A DNA stretch of 64,000 bases from Botryllus schlosseri (Eukaryota). The stretch spans positions 8,494,001 through 8,558,000 of the forward strand of contig CM119376.1 in assembly GCA_051294905.1 (NCBI GenBank). The letters are read 5' to 3'. The position numbers and the translations under genes are program-made. Below, piece by piece: positions 52,606-64,000 of the stretch (within the stretch, counting starts at the first letter, position 1; every line of letters starts with the position of its first letter). The notes beneath the pieces are model-generated. The model was not told the origin of the DNA, ran no database searches, and saw only the letters and a list, made by a program, of their open reading frames with translations.

Positions 52606-55139
52606 AATAGACATATCTATTTAGCAAATTCATGACCCCCATCGCACTACACAGCATTATTCAAAGAGTTGCTTTGGCGAACATAATTAATCTCACAAGT
52701 GCCGACGCAGTCTTCGCATTAAAGCTGAATATGTTTGGCGTCAGTACATATATTCGAGCTTCGGTGCCGATCCTCATTTTCGTGTAATTGCGCCAATATA
52801 TTTTAAACAGTCATGATTTGTGGCGCGAGACATTGTCACGTGACGATATCTTCTTGTCCAATATTCGCGTCTTCGGTATAGCCCACCAACAAGACATGGC
52901 CATGAATCATTTAAAATGCATTTAGCTTTTGCCCGTAAACAGAAATGTGAATCAAAGTAGAACCAATGAACACAAAAGTTTGTTAGCAAAAACGTTGACG
53001 GATAGTATCTCATTAATTTAATAAACAGTGACTTATTGGTGTCGGTAAGATCAATGCACAAGATCACGTCCGGTTTGCAAGTATCGTTTTGTTATACTGG
53101 TAATCATGTAAGAGTGTGGTTGTGAAAACGTCTGAGTTTCAAAATACTTATATTGCAGAGCACCATAAACCGACTTCCGTGAACAGACTGTTTCCTGTTA
53201 TGCACGCTCGCAGTAATCGCGCCGCACAGTTTTGAACCCTCTCAGACACGCAAATTCCAGTAGGTGGCCTTGCGGGATACTTACCAAACCGAAAATGGAG
53301 CGCGCCGCGCGAAACGCGAGCCACTTATGACTAATCATCAAATTTCGGTCCCATTCCCACCCACCAAACGCAGATACTCAAGCGCGAGCACTCCACATTT
53401 TCGTTCGTGTTGTAGCAACAAAGTCTGGTACCGTAAGGATGTGAAATTATGATGGTTTATGACGGGGCGTCTGCACATATTTCGTGACTTTCCCCCATAT
53501 ATCACAAAAGGTTTCGCTAATGAGTACACAACAGTATTTTACTTCGTAAAGCAATTACAATGGTTTACGACTAGCCCCCTTACATATTTCGTAGCTCATT
53601 CACATATTTCACAAAGTTTACGCAAACAAACTCATAATGTACTTGATTAACCAATGATAATGAGAATTGCAGCTTGAGTCACGAAACAATAGGAAACATG
53701 TACATCAAGTTATCGTAATCTCACTGTCCCGCATGCGTTTTGTACACGTGTATTCCGCTGGGCCGCTGTGATAATGTTTGCGTTTCTGGTAGGAACAGAA
53801 GAATTAGACGATACTTATCGATCGACCGGTATGTGTACAGGTAAAACAAAATAGCTTTCGAAAATCGCTGGAATCGAAACCATTCCACAGGATTTCTTCA
53901 CGGTAAATTTGTTGCATACTGACTAATTCGATATTTACACAACGCTCCCCCGTCAACTAAAACTGTTATACAGCGCGAGCCGTCACAGACCTTCTTCGAC
54001 TCGTTTGTTATCGCGTCGACTTCGGACTCGTGTTTATCTCGGGGGCCGGGGTGAGAGGTGAAGCGTTTAGTTTCGCATCGTGCCCGCGTTGGAATACTTG
54101 GCGGCTTCTGGATCGCTCTAAATTGGGTTCGTAGCGTCTTCGTCATAATTTTCGCCTTCAAGTAGCTCAAGGAATTTTCTGGTTCGAGGGAGCCGAGGCT
54201 TTTGCTCTGGCTGCACGCCACATAGAATGCCCATGACTCAGTTGGTGAACATACCGGAGCTTATCGGCGTTGCACGATATCGTAGCATGCTGCAAAAGCG
54301 GCACAATTGCACAGTATTGCGACAGAGTCACTGCATTCCCGCCACCGAAAATACAATGTAGCTGGCGTGTGCCGAATGCCGATATCTGTAATTCACGCAA
54401 GGGCGTTGCCTCACACTTCGACAGTACAAAATCCTCACCCCACGCAGAAAAGATATGAGTCAACCGACGTAGAGTAATGCCTAGCATTCCTGAGATTAGG
54501 AGCCGGCGAAAAGTAGTATGCAAATCGCAGGGACACCCGGGGTCTCCTGTAATAGAAGTAACGCGTTGATTCAGGCAGTACGCTTACCGTACGTATTCTT
54601 CACGTGCTCTAATATAATTTCGAATGTAATACTTCATTAATGAATAATCATTATACGGCAACAATTGTTGCGCAAAGCACCGGCGTGGCAATCGCGTCTA
54701 CAAGCGTAAACTCGCTCACGGTATTGACAGTCGGAAGGTGGCAGATATGCGTCGCTAAATTGAAACTCACCTCTGTTTTGTGCGCCTGGCCTAGGCCAAC
54801 TCGCGGAAAATACATTCACCTCCAAATACGAATTGGAAACTCACACAACACTAAGCAGCACTAAGATGGTGTTCTGTTCGTCCAGTTTCATTATCAGAAT
54901 TGCTTGGAATGATTCTGATTACTTAGCGTAACCTTGGATTTGTTAGTATTAATCAATCACAACTCGAAGTCGTAATTATGGACCGACATTACGAGCATTA
55001 GAAACCTTGTGGTGCGTTCAGTCGATGTTTCCTATTCCAGCGGAAGAGATCTATATGAGCAATTCATAGTGTTTTCATGCGGATTTCAATTCGTTGTTAT
55101 CTGACAGAAATTCGCTTTTGACAAACTGATCCCAAATAG

Positions 55140-55537
55140 ATAACATCAACAACCTTTGGTGCTACAAATGTCAGTACAACATGACCAAAAACCATATCAA
55201 TTCAACTGACACGAATATGAACACATCCACGAAGATCAGAGATACGCATACATCAACCCAAGTAGTCACACAGTCATCAAGTTATGCAAACAATGTGACA
55301 CCTTTTTGCGGTAGACAAAGTCCTAATCCAAGGGTCAACGGACCATTATCAACCCAATCTTAGTCGTAACGGGTTATGAGTGCGACACCCGCCCATTAAC
55401 ATGCATACAGACCTATCCACCTAATTAGTAACCTGATTCGATGGTTTCCTGGGGAATGTAAATTGCCGTCTTTACAGGACATTGTTACAGAGACTGTTCA
55501 CTAGAATATATGTGCACGTACAGTAGCGGTATCGCAG
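55140..55537 (+). CDS. Candidate exon pair of a cysteine-rich extracellular protein (Ly6/uPAR-like start LWCYKC)
   Basis: Exons 55140-55310 and 55478-55537 are both phase 1-1 with GT-AG ends. They splice to DNINNLWCYKCQYNMT...NVTPFCGHCYRDCSLEYMCTYSSGIA with four N-x-S/T sequons. No signal exon or CCxxDxCN end was found. Confidence 0.3.
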
Positions 55538-58500
55538 GTAATTGCATCCAACTATATTTCATGTCCTCGGCACTATAACACCTCGTATACCGCCCATGCG
55601 ATGAAAGCTTAGTCACTGTTCGACTGCGATGCGTTATCTCAGCAACGTCAGCATTTACTCGCGATAAAAGATTGAGGTTTCAGCGCAGTGTAAACATTTT
55701 ACGCAAGCGGGTACAACTGATTGATGACCCCGCCAGATACGTTGCCACTGATCCCGGAGATATTGAAGCCTATCGCTGTGTAATCTTATAATGCTCGAGT
55801 ACATGCAATGCACACATCCGCGCGGGTTTGGGAAGGAAACCTGATTTGTACGATAACCATAGCAAAAAATGTCTGCGGAGTTTTATTTGTTAGCTATCCG
55901 ATTACCCGTATTATCCGTTTACACTTTTTCTGCCTTTCAGCACGACTCGCACCTTATATGTGCACTCTCCCTTCAAATATTTGGTTCCATGGGGGTTAAA
56001 TCTTCATTGTCGGCAATTTGAGTCTTTAGGGTCACGCTTGATCCTCATCCCCCAGCCCATAGCTATATATAGGCTATATCTATAAATTCTGTAACAGTTA
56101 AATACCATATAAATTAGTCAGACAAATCCTTAATATCGACTCTAGGCGTGGCGTGCACTAGAGTCTTCGACTAAACGCCGTGAACCTGTGGGGGTGCATA
56201 CGAATCAAAGTAGGCAAAAGTTGTTTTTATAAATTCACCGGGATTCGCAATTGACATTCGCGTGTGTCCTCGCACCTGCGCCCACGGTTAGATATGGGTG
56301 TGTTGAGCATAATCCGGGTGGAGTAATATGGACTCGGCCTCTTCAAGTCAAGCCAGCAATCAGCTCGCGTGCCAAAGGTAATTTAATCCCCTCATTGTTA
56401 TGGATGAATCTTGAACTTGCGTTGCGTGAGTTATTCCATCAGATAAGAAAACACTGTGGGGTATTTTTGTATTCGATACGAAGCTGGCTGCGACATTCGT
56501 ACGTCATAGCCTACAGCCAGGTGTTCGAAACGCACGTTACTTGCCGCTTGATGACAAATTTGTGTCAGCGCCACAATTCGCAATTTCCAGAAACACCCCG
56601 TACGGTTTTCCGGGCTAATAAAGCATTTGCGTGTAGGATGTGGCCCTCCCCCGTGACTCACACATTTAATCCACCCATCCGAGGTTAGCGTAACATCACG
56701 AAGGCATATATTCAAAGATCTATATAACTATAAAATTGCCGTAATCATATTACAAACACTTTTCTGCTGAAATTAGCGGTGTATTTCAAGACTTATTCGT
56801 TGGAAAAACAGTAGTGCAACCAATAATAGCTCGTCGTGTACCAAGGCACCGGAGTGTTCAAACCTAGGTACTGATAAATATATCCGTGCTTATCTTACGA
56901 AGTAAGGCTTCGAAGAACTTACGCCGGAATGCGTCTCATTTGGATGTAATCGCGGAAAATTAGAAGATTATTCGTCGCGGTATGGATATCAATACTTGAA
57001 CGCACGCTTGCCGTATTAGTATGAACAATGAACATGAACAACGCATGAAAATCAGCGCACGGATATTACGTTGCAAGGTCGTCACCTTGCTAATTCTCAT
57101 CGGACGTGTCATGTCTTCGAGGTGTTGTCGGAATTCCTTTTCGTAATCATCACGTCATTCGCAATCTGTAAACCCGTTTAAACGCCGTGTACGAAAATAG
57201 TCCTCCATTGTCGCCGATTGTGATGGAAATATGTTAGGAATGATTGATTATCCGCTGCTGCCGTGCTACCATGCCTGATTACGCGTCATTAGCTTATACG
57301 TGCCTATTGTAGTCATTGTTGCCGCAATACCGTGCCATTCTGTCTTCTATGTAAACCATGCGTAAGAGATACAAGATCTTCTTACCTGATCCCACATAAT
57401 GCCACGACTGGAATATAGCCGGCAGGTTGTTGACAATTAACAGCATTGCCGCAAACGCCATCGAAAAATGCCACAACCCAAATACACTACAGTTCCGGAA
57501 TGCTGGTTATGCAATAACGATGCTTGGATGGGGTTAATAATGTCCGCTACAGAGGGCAATGAATTCCTCGCGTAACCACACGAGTCTGCAGGCCGTTAGC
57601 TAAGGAGGACTTGACGAAAACACGCATACATTATATATTCGACTCATCGGTGTATTTCCGAGAAACCATCTGCATGGACTCGTTAATCGCGATACACGAT
57701 ATCACTATCGACGAGAAGTAGCCGCAAATCATGTGCGAACGGAACAAACGCGTGTGATCAGACACACGCGCCCGGTAGAGATGTAGATTCTTCGTTCTAG
57801 ATTTTATCTCCATCAATTTTTTGCAAACGAGATTCACTCAAAGACGGTAACATCAGCTATAGTTTATTGCGTTGTGGTTTCAGTAATCGAAGATATCGAT
57901 GCAAATAATAATGATTATAATCAACGCTATGCATCGCCGATAAAGGCGGAAATGCGTGACTTGCTATCCGAATCAGTGATCGACCAATTGTGTTGTATAT
58001 TCCGTCGGCTATTGTCGCCTTGTTTGCGTTGTTTCAAGTGACGAAGGCTTACCGTCAAAGCAATCAGGTCTTACGAAAAGGATCGTTTCCGAAAAAAACG
58101 CTAACGTGGATGAAAACATGGTTTTGTGTGTTTCATTTCCTCTCTTAGACAATAGTACACTTCTGTCTGCTCGAGTGCGTGCGTAAGTGTATGTGTGTTT
58201 GTACGTATGTCATATGGTATTTGAATTTCTTTGGAACAATAACCTTGGAGTCTAGAAGCCATCTACAAGTATAGAACGTTTTCACGTAATATTATGGTGT
58301 GCAGTTTCCAGGGCGTAGTGTGGTATGGCATTGAAAGACGACTTTTCATATTACGTTCTAGACTCCTTCATTCCGTACCGTACTTACATTTTCCAAACTG
58401 CAGAAACATTCCTCCATACCTTATTTGATACATTTTCCCTACTTCCTAAGTTGCCCGATATTTCAAATGCAATATTATTGCGAATATGTGCGGAAATCTT

Positions 58501-60800
58501 GCTGTGTTTATTTTGAAATTATTTCGGGCGGAATTATGCATTTACACGGCCCTGCTGCATCAATTTAATATCTCAAATATCATTGTGTCAAATGCCCACA
58601 GTGGGGGCTATTGTTATAATCGAATATGGGACGTGCCTATACGCACGGTTTTCACTGGGAGTCAGGATATAAGCGAGGTAGGTTTGTCGCACGTGACATG
58701 CGAGAAATGATTTTCAAATTTAGGAAAGTTGACAGAAGCCTACGCTTAACCTCGAGAGTTGATAATAATTAAAATCTCCCACATTGTATTGCTCTTTGAG
58801 TGGTCGTTGCGCTACGTCCGACTTGATTATATTATGGATTAGAATATAAGTAAAGAATATTTTCCTCCGTATCCGCGCTCCACAATTTGAAATGGTCCCG
58901 TCAAAACTGAAGAAAAGTGGAAATATGATAGTAAAAATATTTGAAAAAAGCAAAAATAATTCCCTATTTCATAGTTCTTAGATTTCAATTCCAAATCATA
59001 GGCTACTTGCACGACATACTATACAGATTTTCACCTTCCATACCGAAATTTCGTTCCACGCCATACCATATTTAAAAACCATATCACACCAAGATAGGTC
59101 CTGAAGGGTGCTATCATGACGCTGTGATAGAACCAAGCCGGTATTGAATAAGATCAGTTGATGTATTTTATTTTTCAAATACCCGATACTGAGACAATTT
59201 TCAACCCGGAGCCCTGCAGGATAATCCAGGATACTTGATCCTGCCAGGCATGTAAGGTCACTCGGAAGCAGGCGATCATATAGATATTTCGCTTCTCGTA
59301 CGATGTTGTACAGATTTCTTCGATCATGGTGTCGAACTCACGTTTGCGTCAACATAATCGGTGTAGCGGGATGAATGAACGCAATACGCAAATGCAGCGT
59401 TAATTAAATGCAGTTTGACCAATGAATACCGTAATTCAGAATGTATCATTTGTATATAGAAAGAAACATGAATTGCTGTTGTTCCGTTTTAATGTATTAA
59501 CCTTCTATAACTAAGAATGTTTTCGAACTCACTTGACTATATCAGTGCAGAATCAATCGATTCAAGCGACAGAACATGATGTATCAATAAACATAACACG
59601 AAACACAAGTTAATAGCGTCAACTTCGGCGGACAATACATGCAACAGTCGCATTATTTTATTGGCATCGAACCATCGATTCTTGGAGGTTTGGAGATTAT
59701 ACTAGTGACTTGTTGGGTAGCGCAATACAAGTATATACTGCATTGAGGTCTATACATCCGGGAATATTAATGTGTGCGCTATTAATGTATTTTCACAGTC
59801 GCATATTTTAGCTTTTTCGGAATACACGAATAGTGTCGCTTGCCGCAGTTGTCTTGACATGCGTGTACCAGTCCATGTGATATAGTACAGGTAATTGAAG
59901 ACTGAAGCTTATGATACGGGATTCTTCATACGGTAGGCAGGCCTACCTTCATATATTCTGAATTTGAATTTCGCGTATAAATTGCGCGCCCTGTGGCAGA
60001 TCGCACTGAATTCCATGCAACTGAATGTGGAAATATTCCAGACCACTAATCAATCAACTATTCATTGTTTCTCAGTACAGAGCCCAGGAAATCTGACCCC
60101 CCTCTGACGGGTAATGTTGCCGGTTATTACGCAACCACACGAGAAGACCCTCGCGTGCCTAGTTCATTGCTTTGTAAACCCAGAATTGTGAGAAACATCC
60201 GCTTCACTAACTGGCGAGGCAACCAGGTAACGATAATGAAAACCACGCTATTATCTTATTCCACTTGTTGACCTTTGATCGGAATGGAATTATAGTCTTC
60301 ACACGGGAATGAAAATGATGAAGCAAACTGATTGGACATCGAATGTAAAGGAGTTAGACAAGATCAGGTTCCACAAGTCGACACCCCATACTGATAAAAA
60401 GCACGCATCTAATCTTATGGTGACTACGCTGCAATTGTTAATCGTTAAGGTGTCAGGTGTTGATGAAATCGACGTGAACTATGCGAACATGCCATGGGCT
60501 TGTTTTCAGCGTTGAATAACCCTGTGACCCATATCATTAGCTGAGGCTGCGGACGTGCCAATTAACGTTTACTGGGTATTGCGGCATCGGCACGTTCTCT
60601 AGTGCGGATAGCTGGATGCGCGGTCACGAGATACCCGTGGAACGCTAACACCGATGCTTGACATGGATTCTACGATGATTTGCATGACCTGTATATACTC
60701 AGCGTCGATATAAGAACACGATGGGCATTTGCAATGTGTTGGACCATACACATTGCATATATCTTCGTCATATATTTACTTCACGTTGTGGGTTGCTATC

Positions 60801-62890
60801 CAGGGTTGTAATGACTCGAGTCATGACTCGACTCGAGTCAGACTCGAGTCACGATTTTTTTGTGACTCGACTTGACTCGAGTCATTTTCTTGAAATGGGA
60901 ATATGACTCGACTCGACTCGAGTCAATATTTGGATTGACTCGACTTGTACTCGAGTCATTACGCATGACTCGACCCAAGTCATTGACTCGGCTTATTTTG
61001 TATGACTTGAAGATAAAGAAATTTACGAATCGTAATGGTTAGATCAATGCATCTGACGAATTCTGCCGACATCGCTATTTGTCACCACTGCTTTTGTTGC
61101 ACTCGTCTGATATCAGATATGCCGCCGTAAAAAGAATAGACAATGATACATAGTAGCAATGCATATTGCATTGTACAAAATCTTCCAGTGAGAGGTAATA
61201 GATCCTCCGCAATCTAAGTACTGAAGACTTTTCAATTATATAAGCAAATAGTCGAAGCAAAGTTCAATTAGAGCCAATGAAATGACTCAGATGGTCAAGT
61301 ACTTGGAAGAGACTGTAAGCTCATGTGTAGATTTGAAGGTGGTGATTCTTTGCATTTTGAGCGATTAGAAAGAATGAGAATCCAATGCTCTTCGGTGTGG
61401 TTCAAAGATGCTTGTCAATTCCTGCATCTAGTGCGCCAGTGGAACGTGTATTCAGTAGATGTGGATTTATTCTAAGGCCATGCCACTTTAACATATCCGA
61501 GGATCTCCTTTCCACTTTAGTATTTTTGAAGTGTAACTCATTGATTTGATCTGCTGTCTGTGAAAACACACAACACCCCCCCGTCCATTTGACGTTTTGT
61601 TAGGTATGCGCATTGTGCACGTGAGTAGCCTACTAATGAATGGCTAATGTTGTGTGATGTTTGTACAATAGGGCTGTTCAAAAATAACTTCTTTTTTATT
61701 CTATTTAGTCGCTTTGATAAAATTATTATGTTGCATAAAAAGAACACCGAATGTGGTTTAATTTTAAAAAGTAGAATCAATGATATGAGTGGGGAAATTT
61801 TGGATTTCAGAATAAATGGAGTATTTTTAGAGGCAAATTCTTTCAAAAATATAATAACATACTATAGTAGTAAGCCGACTATATTTTCATATCCAAAATA
61901 TTCCACTCTAATAACTTCGCTTCTTCTTGTTGGAATTGAGCCAAATTTGCTGTGAATCATATTTTTACACAATCTTACAATATCATGAGGTAGCCGGTAA
62001 AATTCGAAAGTCTCTATTTGTAATTATTCCAAAATTTTATCTCATAGCATTGCTTTCTACAGGTTGGAATTGAGCCAAATTTAAGTACTTTTAGGCAATC
62101 TAACAATTTTAACAAGTAGTCTCCTTTTGAAGATTTTGTCCTTTTTTGAGAATTTTTGGTAAATGTAGGGCAAATTCGACTAAGATGCAGTAAATCAGCA
62201 CTGAAGTAAAGCTCCAGCGGCTATTTCGGGAGCTGAGCAGGATAGTTGACCTTTTCTTTAGTCAACCACCTGATAGCGTAAAAGAAAAACTGTACCTCTA
62301 CAGAAGCATGCATCTGTTGATTCTCTATCGGCTGGTATCTAGACGTGAATTCGTTGGTTCTCTATCGGATAGTATATGTAGACATGAAATCGTTGGTTCT
62401 CTATAAGCAATTTGTGGGATGTCGTCGATGTGCTCGTAATAAAAACTGAATGCTTGTATTTGTGATGTATCAGACCGACAAGACATATATTTGATTTTAT
62501 GTTCTAAGATTAGTAGGCCAAAGCTATCATATTGGCGGCATGTCTCGTCTATCTGTAGCATCGTTAAATGAGGCCAGGAACTGTCCGTGATCTGCCTAAA
62601 TAAACATGTGCCAAGACTCAGATAGGGACAAAATGAGCATGTTTGGCAAGCAAGGAATTCGATATCACCCAAGCTGGATTGAAAACATAAGTTGAACATG
62701 ACTTCAATACTGTGACTTGGATTCGGACTCGAGTCATAACACTATGACTCGGATTTGACCCTTTAAACGGTGACTTGGACTCGGACTCGACTCGGTGATG
62801 AATTGAAAATGACTCGACTTGACTCGAGTCAAAACCACAAAAGTAAGATTGACTCGTGACCCGGAACAGTGTGACTTGGTTACAACTCTG
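60801..62890 (+). mobile_element. Second, further-deleted copy of the 8130-10828 hAT element
   Basis: Same TIRs and ends, exact TSD TTGCTATC. Lacks ~700 bp equivalent to 8485-9188, the transposase remnant is disrupted, and it carries a TAGG-family fragment at ~62110-62290. Confidence 0.93.
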
Positions 62891-62966
62891 TTGCTATCCT
62901 CCGTGTCATTCCGAAAGTAACGCCACGTCAAAGCAATTGGAGTTATGTTGCAGATATAATTATTAT

Positions 62967-63269
62967 GGTCCGTGGACATATGAGCATGCGACATTACAGC
63001 ATGCGAGACTTCGGCATGCGACAATTTGGCATGCGACACATGAGCATGTGGGTTAAACTACGGGTTAGGGGTAGGTTAGGGTTGGATTTATGGTTGGGTT
63101 AGGGTTAGGTTTTAGGTTAGGTTAGGCTAGGTTAGGTTAGGTTAGGCTATGTTTCGGGTTAGGGTAAGTTTTAGGGTTATACAGTCACATGCTGAAGTGA
63201 CGCATGCTGATGTGTTCCATGCTGAACTGTCGTTTTCCATTGTATCGCATGCTCATATGTCGGGCAACC
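62967..63269. mobile_element. Mutator-like MITE with central telomere-like (TTAGG/TTAGGG) tract
   Basis: Exact 9-bp TSD AATTATTAT (62958-62966 / 63270-63278), GGT...ACC ends, inverted GACATATGAGCATGCGA arms with GCATG repeats, GGTTA-type repeats at 63061-63172. Confidence 0.8.
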
Positions 63270-63280
63270 AATTATTATTT

Positions 63281-63358
63281 GCAAAGGGGAGGGAGAGAGA
63301 GAGAGATAGAGAGGGAGAGAAAGATCGAGAGGGACAGCGAAAGATATAGAGAGAGTGG
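63281..63358. repeat. Imperfect (GA)n microsatellite
   Basis: GGGAGGGAGAGAGAGAGAGATAGAGAGGGAGAGA... Confidence 0.85.
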
Positions 63359-63514
63359 AAGAGTTTATTGGGATTGTTATTGCGCTTTTTCACCTGAAGT
63401 ATTGTACAAAAATACTGGGGTTTGGAGCAGTGACGCCACGTTATATCATAGGTTCGCGTTGCTATTCGCGTTAGATGTTCGTGATCGAACGAATTAGAAC
63501 CATTCAGGGGTTCG

Positions 63515-63950
63515 CATAGGAGCGGGACGTGGACCGAAGCCGGATTGGATATCCGGCCGGATTTTTTTTTCATTTTTGGCCGGAGCCGGATCGGTACTTT
63601 TTACTAAGAATAGGACAGCCTTACCCTCTTGCACCCTAGAATCAATAGGTAAAGTGAAACGTTCTCGGAAATAAACCACATGCTGAGTCCAAGTTGGCAT
63701 AATTACTTCGTATAAGGGTCAGGCTTGATATCTGAGTTTTTAGTTTCCTGTTTGCATTGTTTCAATCAACATTCAATACCATCCTGTGATTATAGATCAT
63801 TATTATCGGAGCTTTTCGGACCGGATCGCGGTCATTTCTAGAATCTGGCCTATAGGAGTCGGACCAGAGTCGAACCAGAGCTTTTAAAAACAGGATCGGA
63901 GTAGGACCAGAGAATTTGTCGATCCGCTCCGCACAAGCTCGCAACAAAGT
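63515..63950. repeat. Degenerate CCGGAT/GGACC-repeat element, probably a MITE remnant
   Basis: Clustered GCCGGAT, CCGGATC and GGACCAGAG motifs; ends not resolved. Confidence 0.35.
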
Positions 63951-64000
63951 ACTTGGTCAAATACGCGAGGCCTGCTTCCACCACTTACCCCGACGGTAAT

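Noticed and set aside
53833-54010. Plus-strand spliced CT|ARAVTDLLRLVC B-chain look-alike
   Set aside because: Cysteine spacing is x12 rather than x11, no start or signal exon, and no A chain downstream.
54816-54860. Minus-strand CC-x3-C-x8-TGA (A chain with TGA at the last cysteine; selenocysteine idea)
   Set aside because: An in-frame TAG immediately precedes it, the residues are unlike an A chain, and no SECIS was recognised.
59265-59350. Minus-strand RKREFDTMIEEICTTSY...IAC resembling an A chain without the intrachain bond
   Set aside because: In-frame stop just upstream with no acceptor, and spacing is off by one.

Overview
Eukaryotic, AT-rich, intron-containing animal DNA. Short 61-72 nt introns and (AAC)n-tailed tRNA-SINEs suggest a marine invertebrate deuterostome, possibly an ascidian; this is inference only. 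No rRNA, intact tRNA or CRISPR is supported. Three genes are well supported. (1) A 9-exon secreted leucine-rich-repeat gene (487-4129, +) behind a CRE/TATA promoter. (2) A CDCA7/CDCA7L zinc-finger gene with an uninterrupted CDS (11707-12732, -). (3) A spliced insulin-like preprohormone (37210-36931, 36103-36037, 34689-34566, -; 156 aa), only the first exon of which is visible in the ORF track. It has canonical B-chain (C-x11-C) and A-chain (CC-x3-C-x8-C) cysteines plus a four-cysteine ShK-toxin-like module fused to the end of the B chain; this is the most striking observation. Much of the rest is DNA transposons (many hAT elements with verifiable 8-bp TSDs, several nested, and a 9-bp-TSD Mutator-like MITE with telomere-like repeats), SINEs, a decayed LINE and a ~52-bp minisatellite. 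TA-GGC/GCC-TA motifs recur and look like excision footprints. A TE-poor, CpG-rich stretch at ~52.6-60.7 kb holds candidate exons that I could not assemble into a confident gene. Coordinates and splice models were read by eye and need RNA-seq confirmation.
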